From: Lama guanicoe
Taxonomy: Eukaryota
Length of the DNA: 64,000 nt
NCBI GenBank assembly: GCA_013239625.1
Contig: MU053520.1
Coordinates: forward strand, 62,001 to 126,000
Direction of reading: 5' to 3'
Shown here: in pieces, positions 1 to 13,360 of the stretch
Layout: every line of letters begins with the position of its first letter
Position numbering within the stretch: the first letter of the stretch is position 1
Translations under genes and position numbers: made by a program
The notes under the pieces: model-generated
The model's database searches: none
Told to the model about the DNA's origin: nothing
What the model saw: only the letters and a program-made list of their open reading frames with translations

Positions 1-1789
1 CTTAATGGTGACACAGCACTCACCCTTAGCCACTGTGCACTGTGCACTGTGCTGATACACAGAGCCCAGAATTGGATGACAGATCTTTGCCTGCCTGGTA
101 CAAATCTGCACTGTTCAATGAACTATATACCTTCTGGCTGATGGGGGCACAGTGGCTGGAAGTTCCTGAGACCTCACTACCAGAGGAGCTTGTAGGGAGC
201 ATGTGTCAGCTGCACCCTATCCTATGGGAGTATGGTCGATTCAGCTACCTTGAAGTCCAAGAATATCGCAGGTACAACACATATAATGTCCACTTCTATG
301 CTTCCTTTGCCCTTATGCTCTGGCCCAAACTTGAGCTCAGTCTGCAATATGACATGGCTCTGGCCACTCTCAGTGAGGACCTGACACAGCAATGGTACCT
401 GATGAGTGGGATAATGGCACCTGTGAAAAGGAGGAACATCATCCCCCATGACATTGGGGACACAGATGATGAACCATGGCTCCGGGTCAATGTATATGTG
501 GTCCATGATACTGCAGACAGGAAAAACCTAAACCTGAACTTTGTGTTGCAGCTTTATCAGGACTACTGCCTGATGGGTGACCAGAGCTTCCTGAGGGACA
601 TGTGGCCTGTGAATCTGGCCGTGATGGAATCTGAAATGAAGTTTGACAAGGACCAAGATGGACTAATTGAGAATGGAGGCTATGCAGACCAAACCTATGA
701 TGGATGGGTCACCACAGTCCCCAGTGCTTACTGTGGAGGATGGTGACTGGCAGCTGTGGCTGTGATGGTCTGGATGGCTGCTCTATGTGGGGCACCAGAT
801 GTCCAGGATAAGTTTTCTTCTATCCTTAACCAGGGCCAAAAAGCCTCTGAAAGACCACTGTGGATTGGCCGCTATTACAATTATGACTGCAACTCTCAGC
901 CTCAGTCCTTTAACATCATGTCTGACCAGTGTGCTGGCCAGTATTTCCTGAGGGCCAGTGGCCTAGGAGGAGACAGTGAGTTATTTTTTACCCAATACAT
1001 GGTCCAAGTTCTTCAAACTATCTTTGAGTTCAATGTCCAGGCCTTTGCAGAAGGGGCCATGGGGGCTATGAATGGGTGCAGCCCCATGGTGTTCCTGATA
1101 GATCCAGTGTCCAGTCTGAAGAAGTCTGAGTGGGTGTGGTCTATGGGCTGGCAGCCATCATCATCCAAGAGGGTCTAACCTGGGAGGGCTTCTAGACAGC
1201 CAAAGGCTGCTACTGTACTGTGTTGGAGCACCTGAGCCTGGCTTTCCAGACTCCTGAGGCATACTGCCAGCAGTGGATGTACCACTCACTGGCTTACATG
1301 CAGCCACAGAGCATCTGGGCCATTCAGCTGGCCCTACAGCAGCACCAGTATATAAAGGCCTCTAGGCCAAAAGCCAAACAGGGCACAGGACTAAGTGTGG
1401 GGCCCAAACTTGGACCAAAGGGAACCATGGCAAACCCATGGTGAACCCTCTGAACTGTGGAAAGGAGGTGCTAACAGCCCAGCCTCCAGGCTAGCATTTC
1501 CTCCTCCACCACCCCTACCCCACCCAGTCTCCTGCAGCCCTGAGCCACCAGAACAATCATGCCTTCCCTTCTCCCCACCCAAACACACCAGCAAAGATGG
1601 GTTGAGGGTGCCCCAAGCATGAGAATCACTTCTATCTTTCTTTCTTCACCCCATCCCCTCACTGAATGAATGCTCAAGGAGTTCCAGGTCCATTCACCCT
1701 GTGATTTATTCTCCCAGGCCCATTCATGATGTAGCAGACATACATGGATACAAATAAAAGACCCAGAAAACCAAAAAAAAAAAAAAAAA
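1..1789 (+). pseudogene. GBA2: Processed pseudogene of non-lysosomal glucosylceramidase (GH116 family), 3' portion; continues upstream of the window
   Basis: ORFs 42-746, 756-1178 and 1220-1444 translate to consecutive GBA2 C-terminal segments ([65 protein letters not shown]) with no introns. Premature TGA at 744-746, frameshift near 1077, further stops at ~1127 and ~1192. 3'UTR has AATAAA at 1753-1758 and an A17 tail at 1773-1789. Confidence 0.95.
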
Positions 1790-1794
1790 GAGTC

Positions 1795-2645
1795 CACAAA
1801 TGATAAATGCGGGAGAGGGTGTGGAGAAAAGGGAACCTTCCTACACTGCTGGTGGGAATGTATTTTGGTACAGCCATTATGGAAACCAGTATGGATATTC
1901 CTCAAAAGACTAAGCATAGACTTACCATATCATCCAGCAATCCCACTTCTGGATATATATCTGGAGGGAACTCTAATACAAAAAGATTCATGCACCCCAA
2001 TGTTCATAGCAGCATTATTTACAATACCCAAGACGTGGAAGCAACCTAAATGTCCAATGACAGATAACTGGGTAAAGAAGTTTTGGCATATTTATACAAT
2101 AGAATACTACTCTGCCATAAAAAAGAATAAAATAATGCCATATGTGGACCTAGAGATCACCATTGTGAGTGAAGTAAGCCTGAACAAGAAAGAGAAATAC
2201 CATATGGTATCACTCATATATGGAATCTAGAAGGAGAAGGAGAAAGAGGACGAGGAAAAGGAGGAAAGAGGGCACTAATGAACTCATTTACAAAATAGAA
2301 ACAGACTGGCAGACATAGTAAACAATCTTATGGTTAGTGGGGAATGAGGATGTGAACAGATAAATTTGGGAGTTCAAGATTTGCAAATGTTAGCCGCTGT
2401 ATATAAAAATAGATTTTTAAAAAAGTTTCTTCTGTATAGCACAGGGAACTATATTCAGTATCTTGTAATAACCTTTAAAGAAAACAAAATATGAAAATAA
2501 ATATGTCTGTATATGCATGAATGGGACATTGTGCTGTACCCCAGAAATTGGCACTTTGTAATTAATGTACTTCAATTTAAAAAATGTACATTAATATTCA
2601 TCAAAGAAAAGAAATAAAAATAAAATTTACTTGCAAATGAAAAAA
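1795..2645 (+). mobile_element. 5'-truncated LINE-1 (ORF2 C-terminus + 3'UTR) inserted at the end of the pseudogene poly(A)
   Basis: ORF 1865-2230 gives the L1 ORF2 C-terminus (CTPMFIAALFTIPKTWKQPKCP). 3'UTR is shared with the copies at 38.0 and 41.1-44.5 kb. Flanked by direct repeat aaaaaagagtc (1784-1794, 2640-2650). Confidence 0.93.
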
Positions 2646-2849
2646 GAGTCAAATTCTTCTGAATACACATCAATTTTTGTACTTTTTCACCCTCTCAATA
2701 TTTTTATAAAAATGTATACAATTATTCTCCCTGTAAATTATTTCTTTTTATTTAATCACATTTAAAAAGTGCTTATTTATATCTAGGATTTTTTTCTGAG
2801 GGATTCAGAAATGCTAACACGTTTTAGCTCCGTGTGAGTTAGGTACTTC

Positions 2850-2980
2850 TATTATCCTTGGTATTTAGATGAGGAAACTCAAGCACAGTATTAGGCACAG
2901 TGTGTCTAAACTCACAGCTATAAATCTGGGTTTCAGCCCCTAGGGCTTTGGCTCCAGAATCCACACTGTCAACCACAACA
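2850..2980 (-). mobile_element. MIR SINE fragment
   Basis: MIR core motif 'agatgaggaaactcaagcacag...cacagcta'. Confidence 0.6.
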
Positions 2981-3390
2981 ATATCCTTCCTCTCTACCCT
3001 TGACAATACTGTAGTCTCAGTAGTAACAAATGTTGATTGAAGAAAGTGGAGTTTAGCAGATAATGCTTATGTTATACAAGGTAGACATGGCCATGTAATT
3101 GCTCTGATCAATGAAATGTGAACAGAACTGGAAAATGTCACTTCTAGGCATAAATATTTAAGAACTTCTATTCAATTCTACACTATCATTACTCTTCATG
3201 ATGATCTTGGAAACATGTGTTGATTGGAAGTACCATAAGATCCAAGTAGCTCATAATACTGAACTCGGACCTAGTGTACAATTGCCTTGGAAAGCTGCTC
3301 AGTAGAATTTATATGAGCAAGATATGAATATTTGGGGTCTTAAGCCACTGAAATTGTGGAGTTATTTCTTCTTGTGGCATAATATAGCTT

Positions 3391-3598
3391 AGTGATTCTC
3401 CACCAGGAGTTATTTTGACATACAGGGAATATCTGGCAGTGGCTAGAGGTAGTTTTAATTGCCACAGATGGGGAGAGGGTTAAAACTGACATGTAATGGG
3501 CAAAAGCCAGGGATGCTGCCAAGGATTCTACATTGCACAGTACAGAACCCACAACAAATAATTATCTTGTCCGAATAGTTCTGGGACTGAGAAACTTT
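3391..3598. mobile_element. MER20-like hAT DNA transposon
   Basis: 'gccagggatgctgcc...cattgcacagtacagaacccacaacaaataattatc...tgagaaac' matches the recalled MER20 consensus. A second fragment lies at ~4640-4730. Confidence 0.7.
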
Positions 3599-4299
3599 GA
3601 TATAGCTGACTCTAATCATGTTATTGCTTCAAAATAAGCATGGTACTGTGTGAAGCAGTTACAATAAACTCAGCTCTGATAGTCAGTCACACTAGAATAA
3701 AATTTTACCTTAAGCTATACATTCCATTTTTCTTCAATAGGTGGCAACCAAGTGCAAATTACCCACATAATTTCCATAAAAATTTATGTCATAAATCATT
3801 TTGCATTTCAGAAAAATTCCTGCATATGTGCTTTCCACTCATACTCTTCTGAATTTGTTTTTAAAAATATTCTTATAAGAACTTACACAAATTCAAATTA
3901 CCAGTCACTAGCACAAATATTCTAGGTTAAATAAACTTGGAAGCCATGGGGGACAGATACATTTTCCTCTTGTGACTGACTCTTTGATCGTAATTAGGCA
4001 TGTAAATTGTCTGTGCTGGAAAAATTAAATTTTTAAAGGGAGCTAGCCAATGCTTTCTGGCACCTAGGGTTTGGTTTGTTCTTGTTTCCAGTGTTTTTGA
4101 AAAAGTTTCTTAATGCCTGAATTATGGAAGGTAATGGCTCACTGAAAAATAGAATCTAGCCACTCTCTGTGAGAGTAACCTGAAGGAAGCATTTTTGATT
4201 TAGCACCTATTGAATTATATCTACAGGACTGCTGTGAAACTTTGCTTCTATTTCTTAGAAGTTAAAGTTCCAGGATATTCATGAATCAAGAAAAGGACT

Positions 4300-4520
4300 T
4301 GATATGCTTTTCTGTTGAGGGCCAGGTAATAAATATTTTAGGTTCTTTGGATTGCACAGATTCGGCTGAAAATATTGAAATCTGTTATTTTAGTGCAAAG
4401 GCAGCCAAAGAAAAGTGGTAAGCTAATGGCCGTGGATGACATCCAATACAACTTTATATACAAAATATGTGGTAGTCTAGATTTGATCTGAGTGGTCATT
4501 TGCTGACTTGTATTCTAGAG
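4300..4520. mobile_element. MER58A-like hAT DNA transposon
   Basis: 'ttttctgttgagggccaggtaataaatattttagg...ggcagcca...ccaatacaactttat' resembles MER58A. Confidence 0.65.
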
Positions 4521-4744
4521 GATACTATCATCCTAGTGGTAACCATCAGTCTAGACTTCTTGACCACCACCAAGTCAAGGCAGAATATGTGAAAATAAAC
4601 GAACAAATATTCATCTAGTTTCTATTATTTGTCAGGAACTGAGCCAGGGGTGCTATTAACCATCCTGCAGTGCATAGGCAGAGGACTCCATAACAAAGGA
4701 ATATCTGGGCCAAAATGTCAATATTGCTGAGGATGTGCCCCTAC

Positions 4745-4912
4745 TACTTGCTAGAGAATGTGGTCCCAAATCTGGCAGCATCAGTATCAACTAAAAGTGT
4801 GTTAAAAATGGAGAATCTCAGGCTCCACCCAAGACCTCCTGAATCAGCATGTACAATTTAGCAAGACCCCATAGATGAATGTCTACACACATTGAAGTTT
4901 GATACACACTGG
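4745..4912. mobile_element. MER5A-like DNA transposon
   Basis: 'gcagcatcagtatca...gagaatctcaggctccacccaagacctcctgaatcag...gaagtttga'. Confidence 0.7.
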
Positions 4913-7900
4913 TCCAACCTAGCATAAGTAGTACAAACCCCTTCAATATAGTAACATTATTAGGAAAATGAGCATCAGAATGGTTAAAAATTTGCTCACT
5001 TGGTAAAGGTTTGAGAAAGAACTTGAAGCCATCTTTCTAATTCAGAGGATACATTCTATCTGCTGTACCAAATTACCTCTGTGACCAATATCTAAAAAAC
5101 AAAACATAATTGTCTTTTAATCACTGAAATTTTCACTACTGTTAAAGTAGTATATACCTGAGATTACTTGCATAATTTTATATATGTATTCAGTAACTTT
5201 GCATATATAAATAAACACCTACCATATGTGTCATTACATATTTCTATAAAGAGAAATGACAAAACTTGTTTTCATAGGGAAAACACCCTTGATATTTCAG
5301 AAGTCAATTATCATTTGTATAATGACTGTATAACCTTAAGTACTGATGATTACAAAGAAGTGGAAAGATCAAAGTTAGAGTTAGACAGATTCAAATTCAA
5401 ATCCTAACTTAGTGGCACTGATCAATTTGTTTAACTCCTCTGAGTTGGGCTACTCATCATACAGTATTAGTATAAAGACACAATTAGAGAATGGTGATCA
5501 GATATTTCTTTAAGAATGTTCTCATGTGGACTGAATTGCCTTCTCCTGGTGGAAAATAATGATTTTAAAGACTCAACTCATAGTAAAGTAGCAACTTTTT
5601 TTAAAAAGATAGCTCTCTACCTGTCCCTTCCCCCAGCCAGTCCTGTCCAGGGGAAAGTACAATGTGGAACCCTTATGTCTAAGAGATGACTTTGCTGTGC
5701 AAGAGTTTTTAATATCACCATCTATCTTACAACAGTACTTGACACACTGAGACACAGTTCACAATGACACAAGATACGGTATGGAGAACAGGCATTAAGG
5801 GAACTTTTATAAAGCCAGCATTAACAAAAAGAAAAGGCAAATCATTTTTTGTATCCCTGTATAGCTGGAGAGATAAATTCTAGAACCAGAGTATTCTGTT
5901 GGTCATGCTGTGCATTGTCTCAGGAAGGGGAGAAATTTTGCTTCTATGTAGCTCATTGTTCTCATGGAACAAGTGTGAAGGCAACTTTGTCACTGAAGGA
6001 AAAACCTGGCTACTAGGGCATCAGCAGTCTGAGTTTAGATGCAAGCTTTTTGCAAGAACTGTATAGTAAAGCCAGCCTTCCAAATTCAGGAGACCTCTAA
6101 GCCTGGAGAATATTGAAGCTCCTTCAGCCAGAGCAAGTCCTATGAGAAGTTCAGTACAATTATGGCCCCCTCCAGCCAGATGGGTGGGGGTGTTCAGATC
6201 CCTGATACTTCATTGCCTAGGAGCTCCATGTTAGTTACCAAAGGTAATTTAGTGAATTAAATTTGTTGCATCACAGACATAATTTCAAGCAACAGATGCA
6301 TAGCATCTACATCAATATTGTTGGACAAGATATCTTCCAAAATCTTACAACAACACCAAATAAGCAAGTATTTCTTTCACTGCCACACACAGTTCTTTAG
6401 GCTGTCTATGTACAAGAGGTTATAATCCGAACAAGTGCCACTTATGAATCCACTCAGTTACTACCATTCACTTCTTTAGAAAAATATAGTGACGTAGTGT
6501 TTATTTACTTGTTCATTCATTTATAAACCAAATATCTTCCCAAATGTTTGCGATGTCATGCACAAAATTATGCGCTGGGGGTACAAAGGTAGACAAAACA
6601 TCTCTGATTATGAAGTAAAAAAAAATTAGCATGCATGGCATATATATCTGGAGATCAAGTGTAACATGTATTAAAATAAAGTATTGTTTAAAAATCAGTA
6701 GACCTTAGACCCCATCGAAGAACATAAGCATTAGTATACATTAAATTTTTATAGCATATTTGGCTATTTAAATTAAGTTTTGGTTGTATATGGTGAACTT
6801 AAAAGTAGATAGAACAACATCTACCTATTTGGTGCCCTTTCCATTCACCTCTTCTAAGAATGCATAATATATACTGTCTATACTTTTTGTTAAATAAATC
6901 ATAAATACTTTGACCAATGAGTATGCTTTCAGTAATGCCATATTTTCAGTTAGTTTTCAGTTTTATATTACCAGGATTCTATTAATATATACAATACACA
7001 CACACACACATAAGTTACTGGCAGAATAAATGCTACCATTACTTAAGTGTCAATAATTAATTCAATTGTCCACCAAACAAAACTATTATCAGTTGTCCCA
7101 TTCTCTATTTTAGAGACCTAATTGGAAGCCCTTCAGTTTCATATTACAGTCAGTAGCATGTTGACTGAGTGAGGCCATATATTCCATATGGAACATCAGG
7201 GAACACTCAGTTCTGTTGAAATCAGGACCCTATAGTTTAAGCTCAAAGTACTTCTTTGGTTGAAAAAAAACATTCCATTTATTAAAACATAAGTTTAAAA
7301 AAATAATTCTTTGCACATGTGTCTCAAACACAGTGAAGGAGATAAGCGGTCCTCATTTAAAAGTCACACTCTTTTTATATTTATATCTTTTATTCCTGGT
7401 GCCTCTTTCTTCATGACTTCCCCCTAAAATAGTCTTAACTAGCTCTAGGCCACATGTATCTTATCTTTCTATTGCTCCCCCCTCCTTTTTTTTGTTTTTT
7501 GTTACTGTACTATACATTTATTTCCCTTTTGCTCCTTTCTCAATTTTTTTCTCTCCATTTAAAAGGAAAATAAAAGATAAATTTAGTAATGATAGAAAAG
7601 GTCTGGATGGGAGTGGGAAGCGAGGGAAGGATAAAGGAGGTAAATTTGATCCTAGTCTGGATGTCAGAGGAAGAAAGACTGGGGTCACTCATATGAATAT
7701 TACTGGTCCATAACAAAACATGTATTTTTTAAGACTTTTAGAAATGTTTTCATTTGACTAAGGATTTTAGAAATAACATTGAGCAAATGTTTGGTAGAAT
7801 TTAAAATTTACAAGTCTGGCTGAATTACTAATAACATACTGTACATTTGTCTCAGTTCACTGCCAGTGTGTTTGAAATTTTCCCAGTTCAAATTAAATGA

Positions 7901-8365
7901 TTATTACTCTGACTTCAGATATCATCAGACTTTCTACCACACATGCCTCAGGGTATTTATTTAGATGAGGAAAAAAACCTGCAAGATGGAGCAAGGAATA
8001 ACTACATAACAGGTTTGCCTTGAGACACAATGCAAAAATGTTCTGGTCACCAGGGTAGGCTGGACTGAATCAGCCTCAGAGGGTCATCATTCCTAAAACC
8101 TGGCAAACTGGTTACTTACTCTCCAGTGTATAAAACCATTTCAGTGGCCTAGGACTATCATGATTTCATTGAACATGCAGTAGTTTATCACTGAGTAATG
8201 TTTATATTTAGCTGAAAAATCTCTGTGAAACTTAGTCCGCAGCTCTACTAGTAGACATATACACACACAGACACTTACATTCTGGGTTCACAAGATTGTC
8301 CAGGCTTGGAACCATATTCTATGAAAAGCAATCCCTTTTTCCTTTCTATGTCTAGTGATAGTCTT

Positions 8366-10747
8366 TTTTAATTTTATTTTATTTTATTGAGTTACAGTCA
8401 GTTTACAATGTTGTGTCAACTTTCAGTGTAGAGCACAATTTTTGTTATACATGAACATACATATATTCATTGTCGCATACTTTTTCATTGTGAGCTACCA
8501 CAAGATCTTGTATACATTTCCCTGTGATATACAGTATAATTTTGTTTATCTATTCTACATATGACTGTCAGTATTTACAAATTTCAAACTCCCAGTCTGC
8601 CCCTTCTCACCCCCATCCCCCTGATAACCACATTTGTATTCTATGTTTATGAGTCTGTTTCTGTTTTGTATTTACGTTCATCTCTTTTTCTTTTCTTTCT
8701 TTCTTGTTTTTGTTTGTTTGTTTGTTTTAGATTCCACATATGAATGATATTTTTCTTTCTCTTTCTGATTTACTTCAATTAGAAAAACATTCTCCAGGGA
8801 CATCCATGTTGCTGCAAATGGTGTTACATTGTCACTTTTATGGCTGAATAGTATTCCATTGTATAAATATATCACTTCTTCTTTATCCAGTCATCTGTTG
8901 ATGGACATTTAGGCTGCTTCCATGTCTTGGCTATTGTATATAGTGATGCTATGAATATTGGGGTTCAGGTGTCATCCTGAAGTAGGGTTCCTTCCAGATA
9001 TATGCCCAGGAGTGGGATTACTAGGTCATATTTTAAGTCTATTCCTAGTCTTTTGAGGAATCTCCATATTGTTTTCCACAGTGGCTGCACCAAACTGCAT
9101 TCCCACCAGCAGTGTAGGAGGGTTCTCTTATCTCCACAGCTTCTCCAGCATTTGTCATTTGTGTATTTTTGAATAATGGCCATTATGACTGGTGTGAGAT
9201 GATACCTCATTATAGTTTTACTTTGCATTTCTATGATAATTAGTGATATTGAGCATTTTTTCATGTGCCTATTGATCATTTGTATTTCTTTCTTAGAGAA
9301 TTGCTTGTTTTGATCTTCTGCTCATTTTTGGATTAGGTTGTTTGTTTTTTCTTATTAAGCTGTGTAAGCTTCTTATATATTCTGGAGATCAAGCCTTTGT
9401 CAGTTTCATCTTTTGCAAAAAATTTCTTCCATTACATATGTTGTCATTTTGTTTTGTTTATGGTTTCCTTTGCTGTGCAGAAGCTTGTAAGTTTAATTAG
9501 GTCCCATTTGTTTATTCTGGAATTTATTTCTATTGCTTGGGTATACTGCCTTAGGATAATATTTTGGGGATGTATGTGAGATAATGTTTTGCCTATTTTT
9601 TCTTCTTGGAGGCTTATTGTTTCTTGTCTTATGTTTAAGTCTTTGATCAATTTTGAGTTTATTTTTGTGTATGATGTAAGGAACTGTTCTACCTTCATTG
9701 ATTTACATGCTGCTGCCCAGTTTTCCCAACACCATTTGCTGAAGAGACTGTCCTTAATCCATTGTATGTTCTTGCCTCCTTTGTTGAAGATTAGTTGACC
9801 AAGTGTTTGTGGGTTCATTTCTGTCCTCTCTATTCTGTTCCATATGTCTGTTTTTGTACCAATATCATTCTGTTTTGATTACTGTATCTCTGTAGTATTG
9901 TCTAAAGTCTGGGAGAATTATTCCTCCAGCGTCTTTCTTTTTTGTCTAGGTCTTTTGTGATTCCATATACATTTTAATATGACTTGTTCTAGTTCTGTGA
10001 AATATGTCTTGGGTAATTTGATAGGGATTGCATTAAATCCATAGATTGCCTTGGGCAGTGTGACCATTTTAACAATACTGATTCTTCCAATCCAGGAGCA
10101 TGGGATATCCTTCCATTTTTTAGTCTCCTTTAATTTATTTCATCAATGGTTTAAGTTTTCCATGTATAAGTCTTTCACCTCCTTGGTTAGATTTATTCCT
10201 AGGTATTTTATTACTTTGGGTGCTATTTTAAAGGGGATTGTTTCTTTACTTTCTTTTCCTGCTGATACATTGTTAATGTAAAGAAATGCAACTGATTTTT
10301 GTACATTAATCTTGTAACCTACAATCTTACTGAATTCTTTGCTTAGTTCTAGTAGTTTTGTGTGGACCTTTTAGGGTTTCTCATGTATAGTATCATGTTG
10401 TTGGCATATAGTGACAATTTTACCTCTTCTTTTCCAGTTGGATCCCTTTTATTTCTCTCTGTTGCCTGATTGTTGTGGCTAGGACTTCCAAGACTATGTT
10501 GAATAGGAGTGGTAAGAGTGGACAGCCTTGTCTTGTCCCTGGTTTTAGTGGGACGGTTTAGAGTTTTTCACCATTAAGTACTATGCTGGCTGTAGGTTTG
10601 TCATATATAGCTTTCACTATGTTGAGATGTTCCCTCTATACCCATTTTGTTGAGTTTTTATCATAAATGGGTGTTGAATTTTATCAAATGCTTTTCCTGC
10701 ATCTGTTGAGATGATCATATGTTTTTTGTCCTTTCTCTTTTTGATCC
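8366..10747 (-). mobile_element. 5'-truncated LINE-1 (~2.4 kb, RT to 3'UTR) with exact 10-bp TSD
   Basis: Minus-strand ORFs give L1 ORF2 motifs (SLFSKWCWENW, MRYHLTP, PFAATWM). Poly(T) at the left end. TSD tgatagtctt at 8356-8365 and 10748-10757. 3' end matches the full-length copy at 23.9-24.16 kb. Confidence 0.95.
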
Positions 10748-13177
10748 TGATAGTCTTGATAAAGATCTTCCTTCTTTCAATCCAGAATCTACCATATTAC
10801 TTTGTGTTGGGCTATATAATACCATATTTTTTGTTGTATGAAATAGCCCGCATGTTTATCTGTCACTCTTATCTTAAATTCTCAATATTAATCCATCTTT
10901 GAATTATTTAGAATTACCTAAATTTCTTGGGCAACAGTAGGCACTTTATAAATGCTGATTGAATTGAGCAGAACTGAGTTACAGAGAAGAGTTCATGGAC
11001 ACTTTTTATTCCATAGTGACTAATAAAAAATAGAAATATGTTTTTATTCTTTCCACAGTTCATAGACTTTGTGGAGGAGCAGGTACATATGCTATATACT
11101 ATAATCGAAGTGACAAGCAGTGTAATAAAGATTGAACCTATAAACAATGTTCGCTGAGCTCAGAGAGTAGAAAATTATTCACATTGGAAAATAGAAGACA
11201 TAAGAATGTTTTATGATGAAAAGAACATTTGAAATGGGCCTTGAAGTTCCAGGTGACTTTTGTCAGGCTAAGAGGGCTGGCAGTGGAGGTGGGATGCATT
11301 GAAAGAGAGTGTTTGATCTAAGAGTTGATTTGAAGGGCATGAACACATTAGTGAATGTACTATGAGAAGATAATAAGGATCTCAGTGTGCTTCTGTTTGA
11401 ATTGAATGAAATGATCCACAATGAAGATGCTTCACAGCAACTGGGACAGAACAGGGGTTTGTAATTTTTGAATGAGTCTATGTGTTAAATCACAAGTTTT
11501 GCTTTCTTCCCCCAACACTCCTCTTCCCTATCCTGGCTGTAAATTCTCAATATTTAATGAAGGACCAGTGATGTTCCCTATATAACTAGCTTTTAAAAAC
11601 CTGTCAAGTTGAATCCTTATAAAACCAGAAAAGGCATGACAAATCACAAAGGCTTCTCTTAAATAACACAAGGTTTGAAGAACAGGATTGAATTGAAATA
11701 TAACACCTACTTAAAAACTAAAGCATTGAAACATCTGGAATTTCAGCAAAAAGAAAGTCAGTTATGTAACCAAAAATAAATTTAAAAATAAGACATATTT
11801 GGGGAGAAAAGTTTGATTAGTATGTATCTGTTGACCCTAAAGAAGCTTTTATTTTTCAGGCTAGATACTTTAATTGTATTATTTAAATGTCTCTAATAAG
11901 AGAAAATTTATTTTAGTCTTTAGCTTCTTAACCTCTGAAATTTAAAGGATAAAACATATTGAAGTTTAGGGACAGGGCATTCTTGTTCAGGTGTTTTATT
12001 TACCATATGTTAATTCCTGTGCATTGCTCAGTTTTACTGAGATAATTAAATACTCAGTGAAGAAAGCAACTTAGTATAGTTATCTCAGACCCTTATCATC
12101 TAAAATTATACATTAGAATGAAAATATTATGCAGCTAATAGCATCACTTAGCTTTCTTAATTCTGATGCCTTTAAAGGCCCAGGGTATATGCTGTAGTAG
12201 AGTTCATCTCTTTTCAGTCAGTTTGCATTATTCTACTCAGTATCCTGGGAAAATAAAGTGCCTTTTCTATGTGAATTTAAATGCACACTCAGGATAGAAA
12301 ATTGCATGTGTATTCTGTGCAAATAAATAGCACCCTGCAATTCAGTACATTCCTGTTACTATGCTCCCCACATAAGTACAAACATTCATTTTATTTTAAA
12401 AATGTCCCTCCATAAATGGCTTTTTTTTTAACTGTAGTGTAGACACAGGCAAGAACTGAATAAAAAGATTTCTCCACGAAGCATTCTTTATTTCAAGGCA
12501 GTAAGGTATACAGACAGTTTTTCTTTTTTTCAAACAAGTTGACTTATGAGATTTTCCTTTTTATTCCAGGTCCATGAACCTCATGGAAATACTTTGCTTG
12601 GTGCACAGAAAAATTCTGATTTCATGCTTGAAAGAATATTATCAAATATTTATAAACAAGTATAGTTATTCTTGCTATATGTGCACAGGTCATTAACACA
12701 CATGCACACACTTTTACTCCTCACACATCCTGACTTAGCAGATGAATGCTGTTTCACATGAATTATCCCACAGGACATCTTTTTGTGCAATAAATAAGCT
12801 TTTCAACCAGCTCCTTTCAAATTAAAGATAAATATTTAGTTTATAATTACAAGTACACCTCCCAAAAATAAAATAAAATAGAATAAAATAGAAAAAAATT
12901 AAAATCAATTTACATTATAAAGTGCATTGTACCTGTCAGGTATTTTCTAATTAATCACTTCAATGTAGTCACCTGGTTAAAAACTAATTAATGAGAGGGC
13001 AAGGCTGTTTCAAGTTTACGCATGACTGAAACATAACAAGCTCAATCATTGATGAAATAAATGGTCGATAATATTAGAAAATTTTGATGTTTGAATAAGA
13101 CTAAAGGTATCAAAAATATTTCAATATGTATACATACAATTTATGCTATTGTCCCCTACTCACATCCTCTAGGTCAT

Positions 13178-13360
13178 CAGTTCTTAAAATTCAGTCTTGA
13201 GACCCCAGCCTAAGTACCAGGTAGGAACTTATGAAAATGCAAGTCCTTGGACTCCACCACAGACCTACTGAATGAGAAGCTCTGAGTGTAGGGCCCAGCC
13301 ATCTGTACTATAATTCCTTCATATAGTTCTGAGGTACTCCAAAATTTTAGAGACCACTGA
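13178..13360. mobile_element. MER5A-like DNA transposon
   Basis: 'cagttcttaaa...gaaaatgcaagtccttggactccaccacagacctactgaatgagaagctctg...ttagagaccactg'. Confidence 0.7.

Noticed and set aside
42..1444. Functional GBA2 gene or split three-ORF operon
   Set aside because: The ORFs are fragments of one CDS broken by stops and frameshifts. It is intronless with a poly(A) tail.
1773..1800. GBA2-L1 template-switch chimera
   Set aside because: The L1 has its own flanking TSD, which favours a separate later insertion.
12550..12620. Splice-acceptor-like site (ttttattccag/gt), similar at ~15598
   Set aside because: No convincing downstream donor or coding signal, and such sites are common by chance.
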